A stretch of DNA of 64,000 bases. Origin: a virus. Under the pieces are notes generated by a model that worked only from the letters and a program-made list of their open reading frames with translations, was not told where the DNA came from and made no database searches. The translations under genes and the position numbers were made by a program. Where the stretch lies: IMG/VR virus record IMGVR_UViG_3300039412_001263; one strand, given 5' to 3'. Shown here piece by piece: positions 45,826-55,693 of this stretch (position 1 is its first letter; the number at the start of each line of letters is the position of its first letter).

Positions 45826-45948
45826 ATGAAACAAAAGAAACAACGCGGAAGACCTTTAGGCGGTAATTCTCCAGCAATCATTAGAGAATACTGGCGAATA
45901 GCACAGCAAGCTAGCCGACAAACAAGAAAGGAGAAAAAACGTAAATGA
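45826..45948 (+). CDS. Basic microprotein with RGRP (AT-hook-like) motif (40 aa)
   Basis: Translated by hand: MKQKKQRGRPLGGNSPAIIREYWR...; ATGA overlap with the next gene. Confidence 0.5.
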   Translation: MKQKKQRGRPLGGNSPAIIREYWRIAQQASRQTRKEKKRK

Positions 45949-48698
45949 GCACGGTTGCTCAGATTCAAGCGCAGAACGCTGTTTTTCAGCAAGCCTTAAC
46001 TTCTGGCACGATTACGCAAGATCAATATAACAGTGCTATGGCTATACAGAACGCGAACATGGCTAAAGCTCAAGCAGCACCGCCAGTAGCGCAATCTCCA
46101 TATTCGGCAGGGGTAGGTAGAAGCCCAACAACTCCTTTGGGGAATCCAGCGGTTACTCCTGAAGTTAGCGTTACACCAGCACCAACAACGCCAACTCCTG
46201 CACCAAAAACATCTAGCCTTCTTGGTACAATATCAAGTGCCATAAGCAATGCAGGTCAAGCAATTGGCAACGCTGGAAACACAATCTACAATGACATATC
46301 AAATATAGGTGGCAAACCTTTCGCATCGAATTTAAGCATTGTTAATCCAGTAGGAGAAAAATCAACTACATACACAAAGCAAGTTATAGTTCCATTAACA
46401 CTAGAGCAGATTCAAGAAAGAGACAAGGAAATAGCGGATGTCACTTCTTACCCATCTTCTAATGAAGAAGCTTTAGCGTTAGGTGCGCCTGCGTATATTC
46501 CGCTTCAAGATAAAATTAATTACATAAAACAAATAAATTCTGCTTACCCAGCAGGTGGCTTAAGTGCCACTCTTTTTACCCGTGTAACGACACCCACAAA
46601 GAATCCTTTGTCAGCGTTTAACAATCCTCCTTCAACCAAGGCTTTAGTTGCTGAAGCTGGAGGAATCGCCATTACTGCGGCAGTTGCACCTGAAATTGTT
46701 ATTCCGAGCATAGCGATTGGGGAAGGTGCAAACATAGGAATTCAATCTGCAACTAAGTCTTTTGCGACTGGACAAGCAAGTTTAGTTTTGCCTGCTTCAC
46801 CTAAAGAAGTTCTTGATGTCGCTGCATATAGCGCAGCATTTGGTATTATTGGTGCTGGAGCTTTGGGCGCTATCGGCGAGGTTGCACCTCAATTAGCTGG
46901 TGACGTTGCTAACCCGATTGTTCGTGCTGCAACACGGATAAGTCTTAATGCTGGGTTAGGCGCAGGTGGCAACGCCATATTAAGTCTTGGTAATTCTCAA
47001 GCGATAATTCAAGGTGCAGAGTTCGGCGCAGCATTTGGCGCGGCAGGAGAAGTTGTTGGAGCTGTAGGTGGAAAGATTAGGGCAACAGATACGGGTCAAA
47101 GAGTAATTGGCACCATACGCGACAATATTATTGGTGTAAAGTTTGAGGAGTTAACAAGCGTCAAAGAACTTTCAGCACAAAACACTTTCGGAAAAGAAAC
47201 CATTATCGGTCAACTTACAGAACCTGACATTGAAACGGTAACTTTACGGGGCAAAGATGTTTCCTATTACAAAGAATATAATCTTAAGACACTTCAGAAT
47301 CCAGTTGTTGATTTAGCAGGAACCGAAAAAGTCTATCAGCCTAACATGGAGATAGGCGGCAAAGAACTTGAACCAATCCCAATTCTAAGACAAGTTGAAT
47401 CAATCCGTAAAGGGGATCCACTTCTTGCGGCACTTGAGCGAAATGGCAATTATAAGTTAGCTATAGCAAAAACTGGAAACGTAAATGACTTCTTAGAGAC
47501 TCCTTCAGATATGCCCGCGATTCAACGGACTAAAGTAACTATTGACTTAACGAAAGGTCAACCTCCAGCCGTATATGCTGAGAAGACAATTGTTACATCG
47601 GAAGAAGCTATTTTGCCTGAAACCAAGATTAGCTTTAGAGATTTTACTGGAGTAAAAATCAGAGGCATTCCTGATGAGGTAAACGTTGCGGATATTGCTA
47701 AGTCTCTTCCTGAGGATTTAGCGCAAAATATCTATAAACAGTTAGGTGGAAATTACAGACCCATCGTTGATTATGGAAGTCAAGCGCCTAAAGATTTGTC
47801 AGGAGCTATGCAGACTGGTTCAAACAAGTTTTTCAAAAATGCCGCAGAAGATACTTCTTTAAATGTTAATGCACCGGATGTAACTAAACTTATTCAGGCT
47901 ACAACAGAGCCTAAAGAGGTTGCTTTGCCACGTGCTATAATTGGTGAAGCTAAATTGACTGCTCCAAAATTTAAAATCTCTGGCTTCCTAACACCGCATA
48001 TATTTTCAACACAAGCCGACGAAGAAGAAACATCATTTTTGGTTTATCCAAATTCTGGATTAGCTTCTCCTAAAATAATTGCTTCTTCTATAACTCAAAC
48101 AAGGAATATTCTGGGTGTCACGCAAAGACAAGGACAAGAGCAATCATTGATTCCAACTTTCAATCAAAGGCAATCTCAGATAAGGATTCCTACAATAACA
48201 CCTATAACGAAACCTGTAACTATAGCAAAAACAATGCCTAGTTTAATTCCTGTTCAAATTCCTAAAATAACCCCTTTCCAAATTCCGAGAACAACACCGA
48301 TAACTATAGCGAAAACAACTCCTATTCTAATTCCTAAATTAACTCCTACTCTAGTTCCCCGACAAATACCGAGAACAGTACCAACCTCTGTATTTCCAAA
48401 GTTTCCAAATGTTTCTAAGCAGACTTTTCCAAAGATGCCTGCCTTTGGTTTAGGTGGTGGTTTTGATAATCTTGGTCCAAAAAATATGTTTGGCGGTAAA
48501 TGGTATCTCAAGAAGCACAAGATTAAGACTTACAGTCAAATGCTTAAAACCTTCGGTGTCGGAGGCATGGGGAAGCCTATGCGGAACATTGAGAAGAATG
48601 CGAACAAAATGATTAAAGCTTTCAAGCCTAAACAAGCAACTAAACAGAGAAGGAAGCAAGCAACCAAGAGCAGGAGGCAAACAAGAAGACGGCGCTAA
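45945..48698 (+). CDS. Large low-complexity protein, candidate internal/ejection (tape-measure-like) protein
   Basis: No signal peptide; Gln/Pro-rich N-terminus; Gly/Ala-rich hydrophobic core; IP..IP.T repeats; very basic C-terminal tail. Confidence 0.6.
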   Translation: MSTVAQIQAQNAVFQQALTSGTITQDQYNSAMAIQNANMAKAQAAPPVAQSPYSAGVGRSPTTPLGNPAVTPEVSVTPAPTTPTPAPKTSSLLGTISSAISNAGQAIGNAGNTIYNDISNIGGKPFASNLSIVNPVGEKSTTYTKQVIVPLTLEQIQERDKEIADVTSYPSSNEEALALGAPAYIPLQDKINYIKQINSAYPAGGLSATLFTRVTTPTKNPLSAFNNPPSTKALVAEAGGIAITAAVAPEIVIPSIAIGEGANIGIQSATKSFATGQASLVLPASPKEVLDVAAYSAAFGIIGAGALGAIGEVAPQLAGDVANPIVRAATRISLNAGLGAGGNAILSLGNSQAIIQGAEFGAAFGAAGEVVGAVGGKIRATDTGQRVIGTIRDNIIGVKFEELTSVKELSAQNTFGKETIIGQLTEPDIETVTLRGKDVSYYKEYNLKTLQNPVVDLAGTEKVYQPNMEIGGKELEPIPILRQVESIRKGDPLLAALERNGNYKLAIAKTGNVNDFLETPSDMPAIQRTKVTIDLTKGQPPAVYAEKTIVTSEEAILPETKISFRDFTGVKIRGIPDEVNVADIAKSLPEDLAQNIYKQLGGNYRPIVDYGSQAPKDLSGAMQTGSNKFFKNAAEDTSLNVNAPDVTKLIQATTEPKEVALPRAIIGEAKLTAPKFKISGFLTPHIFSTQADEEETSFLVYPNSGLASPKIIASSITQTRNILGVTQRQGQEQSLIPTFNQRQSQIRIPTITPITKPVTIAKTMPSLIPVQIPKITPFQIPRTTPITIAKTTPILIPKLTPTLVPRQIPRTVPTSVFPKFPNVSKQTFPKMPAFGLGGGFDNLGPKNMFGGKWYLKKHKIKTYSQMLKTFGVGGMGKPMRNIEKNANKMIKAFKPKQATKQRRKQATKSRRQTRRRR

Positions 48699-48730
48699 AA
48701 CGTTTCCGCAGAAACCAGCAAGGCTTACTC

Positions 48731-48982
48731 ATGTATTTCGTAGTGGTAATTATGGCGCTTGTCATAGTTGGAGCCATGTGGTTTTTCTATGCAACCGCTG
48801 TGCAGGCAGTGCAAGAAAGTTTCAATAATCAACTTTCAAGTGACAAGTTTGCAACGGCTGGAAACTGGAATAGCTTTAATTTAGCTAACGATTTCATAAA
48901 TAACCTCTGGAAGTTCTTATTAGCGTTTTTGGTTCTCGGACTAGCCTATTACGGGTACAATGAAGCGCAACGGAGAACCTAA
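48731..48982 (+). CDS. Hydrophobic hairpin protein (minor capsid/pilin-like)
   Basis: Two TM helices; the in-frame upstream codons read KRFRRNQQG|LL, a class III-like leader. Confidence 0.65.
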   Translation: MYFVVVIMALVIVGAMWFFYATAVQAVQESFNNQLSSDKFATAGNWNSFNLANDFINNLWKFLLAFLVLGLAYYGYNEAQRRT

Positions 48983-48984
48983 AC

Positions 48985-49251
48985 ATGCGCGTCTTGGTTA
49001 AGTCTAAAAAAGTAATGGGCGACTACATTGCGCTTCATGGACTCATGCCTAAGAATGAATTGCCAAAGAAGCTAAGAGGGAAGATTCCTGCAAACGAAGT
49101 GTGGGTACGAAGCGACAAATACGATACACCAGCGAAGAAGCTAAAGCTCCGTACCCATGAAGGAGTAGAAACTAACTTAATGAAACGAGGATTATCCTAT
49201 AAAAATGCGCATAAGATTGCAAACAGGTTTGAATGGCAGGTGACTGGTTAA
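48985..49251 (+). CDS. Basic protein with HExxE...AH motif
   Basis: THEGVETNLMKRGLSYKNAHKIA. Confidence 0.6.
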   Translation: MRVLVKSKKVMGDYIALHGLMPKNELPKKLRGKIPANEVWVRSDKYDTPAKKLKLRTHEGVETNLMKRGLSYKNAHKIANRFEWQVTG

Positions 49252-49508
49252 CGCGAGTCTTGTTCGTTTGGTTCACCGCTATCGTGTGCCTCTTCATAAT
49301 CACTGTTGGCTGGTACATCTGCAACGGCGTAGTCTTAACAATCGCTTATCAAGCTATGGGAGATTTAACTGGGCAAGCATTTAGCCTGTTAACGCTTGTC
49401 GAGTTTGTTGCAACTTGGTGGGGACCCATATTTGACGTAATCGTTATTTTGTGGGCCATAATTAACAGTCAGGAGCTTGATCCAAATAGCCAAATACTTG
49501 GGTACTAA
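49233..49508 (+). CDS. Two-TM hairpin membrane protein (minor virion protein candidate)
   Basis: Two hydrophobic helices within the structural operon. Confidence 0.7.
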   Translation: MAGDWLTRVLFVWFTAIVCLFIITVGWYICNGVVLTIAYQAMGDLTGQAFSLLTLVEFVATWWGPIFDVIVILWAIINSQELDPNSQILGY

Positions 49509-50766
49509 AAAAATATTCAGTGTTATGGCAATAGTTTTACTAGCTACTTTGTTAGTTGTATCTTTTGCTTCTATCCCAAAAGTTAAAGCAACAGGATTCA
49601 ACTACCATTTTTATGGACCAATTGACGAAAACACAGGCGTAGCATTGAAATATAAAAATGGAAGCCCAGCTTATGTTAATGTAACTGTGCATTACCTAAA
49701 TTCGCCACCAGATACTTTCAGTACCAATGGCAACGGAGGAGCTGGTTACTCCTTTAACACCACTACTGTTCCTATTTATTTCGCCTACGACATAACAGAC
49801 AACACAACAGGGCTTTCAATTACAAGCCATAGGGAATACTGGCTAAAATCAGACTTTACTGAAACTTCAGGCACATACATTCTTTGGGGTGCCACTTCGG
49901 GATTAACAACTTACACAATTGCCTTTTTAGATTATGTAGGGCAATTGAAAAGTTACCCAATTATAAAAGCCCAGATTGAAGATACAACTTATACGGTTAT
50001 GAATTACACAACCGTTGATGACCGACCTGTTGATGCTCAAAACACCGTAATCATGAATTTGCAAGAAGGCCACCGTTACCGTATTGTTTTAAGCGATGGA
50101 GTTAATGACGCAAATGATATTGTTTATGGTTTTTTAACGCCATCTTCAACCACTGGAATTCAGCTAGTTCTTCGAGGAGTTGATTTTCCTAAACAAACTT
50201 TGCTTCTTTACCAGTACGTTCACGCTTACGCAGTACGCGACTTCTTAAACCCAGTTGGTAGCATCACCGTAAGCTATGGAGACACAACCAGTATGACGAA
50301 CAGCGTAACCATAACAATCACAAACGCATCTGACAGCACAGTAGCTTTTATGCAAGTCTTTTCAGGCGTAGGTTATCAAACGTTTAGTTACACATGGGCT
50401 TATGCTGATAACGCTACAAACTACGAAGTAACTGTCGCCATTGACCATTTAACGTTTGGGTCTTTCAGTTATAAACAGTATTTGATAGGGGAATACACTA
50501 CGCCAACAGCACCATTTAGCTTAGACTTCCTCGGCACATTATCCATATCAACCGCATGGATGATCCCAGCCTTGCTAATCATCTTTGTTGCTGGGTGCTT
50601 CAGCGAATTATCTGCTGAAGTAGGGGGAGTATTAACAACTATTGTAGCCATAATTTTGGCGGCGATGGGTTGGATTCCAATAACAAGCGCAGCCTTGGTT
50701 ACTGCTTTAGCGTTAAGCATCATGGCTGGCATCGTAACCGCAAGAAGAAGGATGCTTTATTCATGA
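49477..50766 (+). CDS. Secreted beta-rich surface protein with C-terminal triple-TM anchor (virion tail/adsorption candidate)
   Basis: Signal peptide; many NxS/T sequons; 3 C-terminal hydrophobic helices ending in RRR; spans the circle junction. Confidence 0.8.
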   Translation: MIQIAKYLGTKKIFSVMAIVLLATLLVVSFASIPKVKATGFNYHFYGPIDENTGVALKYKNGSPAYVNVTVHYLNSPPDTFSTNGNGGAGYSFNTTTVPIYFAYDITDNTTGLSITSHREYWLKSDFTETSGTYILWGATSGLTTYTIAFLDYVGQLKSYPIIKAQIEDTTYTVMNYTTVDDRPVDAQNTVIMNLQEGHRYRIVLSDGVNDANDIVYGFLTPSSTTGIQLVLRGVDFPKQTLLLYQYVHAYAVRDFLNPVGSITVSYGDTTSMTNSVTITITNASDSTVAFMQVFSGVGYQTFSYTWAYADNATNYEVTVAIDHLTFGSFSYKQYLIGEYTTPTAPFSLDFLGTLSISTAWMIPALLIIFVAGCFSELSAEVGGVLTTIVAIILAAMGWIPITSAALVTALALSIMAGIVTARRRMLYS

Positions 50767-50807
50767 CACAACAAAGGAGAGTGAGTTAGATTCGCGTTCA
50801 GTGGGAA

Positions 50808-51209
50808 TTGTTGCTTGGCTTGTTCATAATTAACTTGAGCGTAGGCGTAGTTATGGGTTTAGCCTTGCCAGGAACAGCTTATGTTGCCGCAGGAACAAGT
50901 TTGAATGCTACGCAGTATGAGCAGCAATTCAATAGCACCAAAATCGCTACTAGTTGGGGTGGAACTCCTTTCAGTGGCATACCCGTAATAGGCGACATCT
51001 TCGCAGGCTTCAGCTATCTTTACCAGAACCTACAGTACCTCATTGATGGCTTGCCAAAGTTTCTGGATTTCATAAAGACAAGTTACATAACAGATCCGCA
51101 AGGGCAACTTGCGTTTGAAGTAATCGCAGACGCAATAAGAGCAATCTACGCATTCCTAATAACCATATTCTTCATAGAATTCATCAGTGGCCGCTTTTTC
51201 AGCGATTAG
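50808..51209 (+). CDS. Copy of 709..1110 membrane protein
   Basis: Identical translation, offset 50099. Confidence 0.75.
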   Translation: MLLGLFIINLSVGVVMGLALPGTAYVAAGTSLNATQYEQQFNSTKIATSWGGTPFSGIPVIGDIFAGFSYLYQNLQYLIDGLPKFLDFIKTSYITDPQGQLAFEVIADAIRAIYAFLITIFFIEFISGRFFSD

Positions 51210-51519
51210 GAGTTTATAACGGAAGTGTTAAACATGATAGAACTCGAAAAAGAAATGGTAAAAAATTTATACTTAAACAGTGTTAAATATGTAAATGAGT
51301 CAGGGCTTGTATGGAGACACCTGTAAAAATTAGGGGTCCAGTTGCTGACATGCAGGATTTAGTTAATATTGCTAGGATAAAAGGTAAACGTTTGCTCGGT
51401 GTTGACCGTGTTAAAGTCAAGCCTGAAATGTACTCGGACGGCGAAGAGTATATTTTAGTTGTTGAAGCCGATGTTTGTTGCAAAGTTTCCCGTTTAGGAA
51501 ACCGTGAAAAGAAAAGCGG

Positions 51520-54399
51520 TTGAAGTCATTCAAGGCACGAAATTTATTCGGTTCCAAAGCATCAAGCAAAGCTTTTTCTTTGCTTCTTATTCTATTGTTA
51601 TCATTAAGTTCGCTTGCGGTTCTTGTTCCAAAAACATCTCAAGTAGCAAAGGCAACTGGCGTTAGCACTCCCTATTACGGTTGCGATGACATTCTTGTAG
51701 GCTGGCAACAATACAGCACTTACGCTTTATGGAGTACAGCAATGGATAGCTTTTTGACTACGATGAAAGCCGCTGGCGGAAACGTTGTTAGCGTACTTGT
51801 TTATTCTGATGTTAACACGAACTCTTTTTACAGTTACACAAGTGGTTCATACTTTAATTTCGGCTATATGTCCCCTAGCTTTATTTTTTATGCTGGTGCA
51901 AACGGAAAGAATGGGCAGAGCACTACTTTTGCTACAGTATTGGCGGATTTCTCAGCGAAGCTTCATGCGAAAGGGATGTTGCTTGACCTTCAACCTTGCC
52001 CGCCACCATCAGCTACTATGGGAGTTCCATTTCAAACTATGATGTCAACAACTGCCAACCAGAACAATTACATCGCAAACATTTCGCAAATGATTACTGA
52101 CACAAATTGCGATATAGTTAATGCCTACAGTGAACCGTTTGGACCACTAACGTACGGATATGCAAGTACAGGTCTTATGAATAGCTACATAAGTTTCCTT
52201 AACACTGCTGTGCCGATATGGAAAGCGGTTAAATCTGGTTTAACTGTTATGGTTATGGGGTTGCCTAATTGGGATAATGGACCATTCATTACTGCTGGTG
52301 GAATGTCTGGGTTACCTTCAGGCACAATATTATGTTATCACATGTATTACTGGTACACTTATCCTCCTGCAAGTTACTCGTATGAACCATTTGCTGCTGA
52401 TTACTATAATGGAAACTTTGCTCAAGGAAAAGCTGACTGGATAAGTTGGATGGATACTTATGGTCAAGTGAGTTACTGTCTCGCTAATAACATTCCATTT
52501 TGGTTTGAAGCATTAGGATGCAACCAAGTATGTCCGAACGCCATTCAGTTTCTTGCAGATGTAACTGCTTATTGCAACGCGAGGAGTATAGGGTGGTGCG
52601 CATCTGGCAGTCCAAGCGCTCAGTTTACATTCAATAGCCCAACAGTTTTAAACAGTTACGGTATAACGATGTTTTCAAACATTTCAAGTAGTACGCCATC
52701 CAGTACAACGGACACAATAGGAAGCACATCATCACAACTGACAATGGGATTAGGCACGATGCGAGTATGCGCGATAACTGCAAGCGCATCTGGAATTTTA
52801 TCAACAATAGGAATTAACGTTCAAACAACCTCAAGCGGACACATCGCTTTAGCTATATATACTGCTTATACAGGCGGTGGAACAGGTACTCTTAGCGGAA
52901 AAATAGGTTACACCGCAAACACATCTATTGTTGCAGGTTGGAATGACCTTGCAGTCATAGGAAGCCCTAACATTGTAGCAGCACACACTTACTATATAGG
53001 TTATGAATCGGACGATGGAACAACAGCGAAGTTTTACCTTGCCTATTCAGGCGCAGAATACATTTTTATCGAAACATACAATACGTTTCCAGACCCAACA
53101 ACCGCTTACAACACTGATGGCGCAACATGGAACATGCGGATGACTTATACGCAATATTACAACATCACTGTGTATAGTTCTTATGGAGAACCAACAGAAA
53201 ACGAAACCCTCTCCGCAGGCAGCAACTCTACTGTTGGCGTGACGAGCCCTTGGACTGGCACAACAGGAACCCAATATATCTGCACAGGCTACAGCATAGA
53301 TGGCGGTGGTTCTACGGCTGGAACAAGCTACCTCTTCAGCAACATACAAGCGAATCACACGATAACGTTTAATTGGCAAACCCAATACTACCTCACCGTC
53401 ACAAGCCCATACGGTTCACCTACGGGAGGGGGATGGTACGCTTCTGGTTCATCTACAACCTTCTATGTTCTACCCAATAACAACATTTATGGTGGCGTAG
53501 GAATCCTATATGTCAATGCATATTGGGCAGGTCAAGGCTCAGGAAGCTACAGTGGCTACTCCACAAGCAACACAATCACCATGAATAACCCCATAAACGA
53601 AACCGCTTCATGGACTACGCAATACTTGCTTACCGCTCACACAGATGCTAACTCAATTATAACTCCCACTACTGAATGGGTAGACTCAGGTTCAACTGTG
53701 ACTTTCAATTACACAGCAAACGTTGGGCACTCAATACAATACGTGTTAGTTGATGGCTCAAATGTAACAGTAACAGGAAACTACACATTCACAAACGTTC
53801 AAGCACCACACTCAATCACTATATCAACATTCACTGCTCTTTTCACTATAACGGCCAGTGACGATGCACACTCAATTATTTCGCCTTCCGGAGCCATCGG
53901 CATAACCGCTTTTGGCAGCGACCAAACATTCGTTTTTACTGCATCAAGCGGCTATTACGTAAATCAAGTTTTCGTTGACGGCTCACCAGTCACCCTAGCA
54001 TCCTCTTACACCTTCATCAACATTGCAGCCGACCACACGATAGCCATAACTTCCAGCATCATATCAGCAATGCCATCACCCACAACCCCAGCAACTCTCC
54101 CAACCACCTTAAACGTAGCACCGTTTTGGCAATACCTATTCTCAGGTAATTTCCTAGGATTCTTCCAAGCAATCTACCTAAACGCGTTCGGATTACAAGA
54201 CATCCTATACGGCTCAATATGCATGTTGTTCCTTGTTCCCCTCTATATTGAATCAAAAAGCCTTCTACTATTATCAATAATTTGGATTCTGCTGGGCAGC
54301 AGTTTCTTGGCACTTATGCCAGCCGTGAGCGGGCTCGCAGTCATATTTTTAATTTTAGGGATTTCATCTTTACTCTGGCGTTTGGTACATCCAAATTAG
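51520..54399 (+). CDS. Copy of GH5-like multidomain surface protein (1421..4300)
   Basis: Identical translation. Confidence 0.75.
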   Translation: MKSFKARNLFGSKASSKAFSLLLILLLSLSSLAVLVPKTSQVAKATGVSTPYYGCDDILVGWQQYSTYALWSTAMDSFLTTMKAAGGNVVSVLVYSDVNTNSFYSYTSGSYFNFGYMSPSFIFYAGANGKNGQSTTFATVLADFSAKLHAKGMLLDLQPCPPPSATMGVPFQTMMSTTANQNNYIANISQMITDTNCDIVNAYSEPFGPLTYGYASTGLMNSYISFLNTAVPIWKAVKSGLTVMVMGLPNWDNGPFITAGGMSGLPSGTILCYHMYYWYTYPPASYSYEPFAADYYNGNFAQGKADWISWMDTYGQVSYCLANNIPFWFEALGCNQVCPNAIQFLADVTAYCNARSIGWCASGSPSAQFTFNSPTVLNSYGITMFSNISSSTPSSTTDTIGSTSSQLTMGLGTMRVCAITASASGILSTIGINVQTTSSGHIALAIYTAYTGGGTGTLSGKIGYTANTSIVAGWNDLAVIGSPNIVAAHTYYIGYESDDGTTAKFYLAYSGAEYIFIETYNTFPDPTTAYNTDGATWNMRMTYTQYYNITVYSSYGEPTENETLSAGSNSTVGVTSPWTGTTGTQYICTGYSIDGGGSTAGTSYLFSNIQANHTITFNWQTQYYLTVTSPYGSPTGGGWYASGSSTTFYVLPNNNIYGGVGILYVNAYWAGQGSGSYSGYSTSNTITMNNPINETASWTTQYLLTAHTDANSIITPTTEWVDSGSTVTFNYTANVGHSIQYVLVDGSNVTVTGNYTFTNVQAPHSITISTFTALFTITASDDAHSIISPSGAIGITAFGSDQTFVFTASSGYYVNQVFVDGSPVTLASSYTFINIAADHTIAITSSIISAMPSPTTPATLPTTLNVAPFWQYLFSGNFLGFFQAIYLNAFGLQDILYGSICMLFLVPLYIESKSLLLLSIIWILLGSSFLALMPAVSGLAVIFLILGISSLLWRLVHPN

Positions 54400-54403
54400 T
54401 TTA

Positions 54404-55057
54404 TTACAAGTGCGCTTGCCAAAGTGGTTTAGATTTTGGCAACTCTTTTAAAACACCATTTTCATTACTGGTATGGCGCTTCAGCCAGTTACAATTTGCA
54501 CAGAGAATCTGGTAACCTTTTTTGCCATCAATTATTTTCTTGTAGATTCCTATTTCTTTTATATTTCGTATTTCTTTTGTTCCTCCACCATTGATATGAT
54601 CTATTTGTAAGGCACGTATATCAATCATACCTCCAGGTACGGCACAATTAGGATTAGAGCACTTATTTCCTAAAATTTCATAGGCTTTTAACTTAAGTTT
54701 TAAATTAAAGGCTTTTCTGGTAGCGTATCTTTGCTCTCTAGTACGTAACCTATATTTAATTACTTCTTTTTGGTGTGTTACATAATACTTCCTATTGTTT
54801 TCTTTCTGTTCTTCTCTATGTGTAGCATAATATTCTTTTGCATCTTTGTTTAATTGTTCTCTATGCGCTTCTCGGTATCTCCTACAAACTGCCCTACATT
54901 GTTCTAAATGTTTTTGCCGATATTCTCTACATTTTAATAGTTGCTGTTTTCTTGTTTGTTGATAGTGCTCTTTTCTTTGTTGCTTGATTCTTTCTAAGTT
55001 TTCTATCCGATATTTTATATCGAAAAGGTATTTTTGGTATGGGTCTTTGTATGGCAT
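54404..55057 (-). CDS. Copy of HNH endonuclease (4305..4958)
   Basis: Identical translation. Confidence 0.85.
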   Translation of the reverse strand: MPYKDPYQKYLFDIKYRIENLERIKQQRKEHYQQTRKQQLLKCREYRQKHLEQCRAVCRRYREAHREQLNKDAKEYYATHREEQKENNRKYYVTHQKEVIKYRLRTREQRYATRKAFNLKLKLKAYEILGNKCSNPNCAVPGGMIDIRALQIDHINGGGTKEIRNIKEIGIYKKIIDGKKGYQILCANCNWLKRHTSNENGVLKELPKSKPLWQAHL

Positions 55058-55693
55058 AGTCTGTGTTCCTCGTTAAGTTTGTTACAACCTTGTGCAAAGT
55101 GTTATATAAGGGTTGTTACAACTCTATTTAGTGGCGAATAAAATGCCGTTTAAAGATAAAGAAAAAGCAAAAGCCTATTTCAAAGCGTACAATGACGCAA
55201 GAGCAAAACTTGTTAAAGAAGCGATGCAGGCATTAAAAGAAAAACAGGAAAAGGCAGGTGAAAAATAATGAATAAGGAAATTAAACAAATAGCACATGAT
55301 GGTTTCATTAAAGGTTATCTTAAGGGTTACGGATGGCCACGATGGCCTAAAAACTGGGTACTGAAAGAAGCTGAGAAAGAATGGAAAAAAATCGAATACC
55401 GCTTTGAATAAAAAGTTGCATTTCTTTAGTTGTTTTCTGGGTTCTTTTTTGTTAGTGCATCCACAATAACTTGAATTACTGTGTTGCTGAAGAAATAAAA
55501 CGCATGTATTGGTAGCCTAAATAAATCACGCTTACAGATGCTAAAACCATTTCAGGGTATAATATCCAAAGTCGAGGTTCAAGCCACAAAACGTAGCCTT
55601 GCGTAACTATAAGCGAAAATGATAGAGTAGAAATAAGGACTGACATACCTAAACAGGCTAAACCTAAAATGTGAAAAGCTATTTGTCTGTTCT

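Larger units (their letters stand above)
1..50099. mobile_element. Complete circular element (50,099 bp), probable temperate spindle-shaped/membrane-associated archaeal virus
   Basis: Sequence recurs with period 50,099. Contains a hairpin MCP-like gene, virion-type membrane proteins, an ATPase, two tyrosine recombinases and small regulators. No housekeeping genes. Confidence 0.8.
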
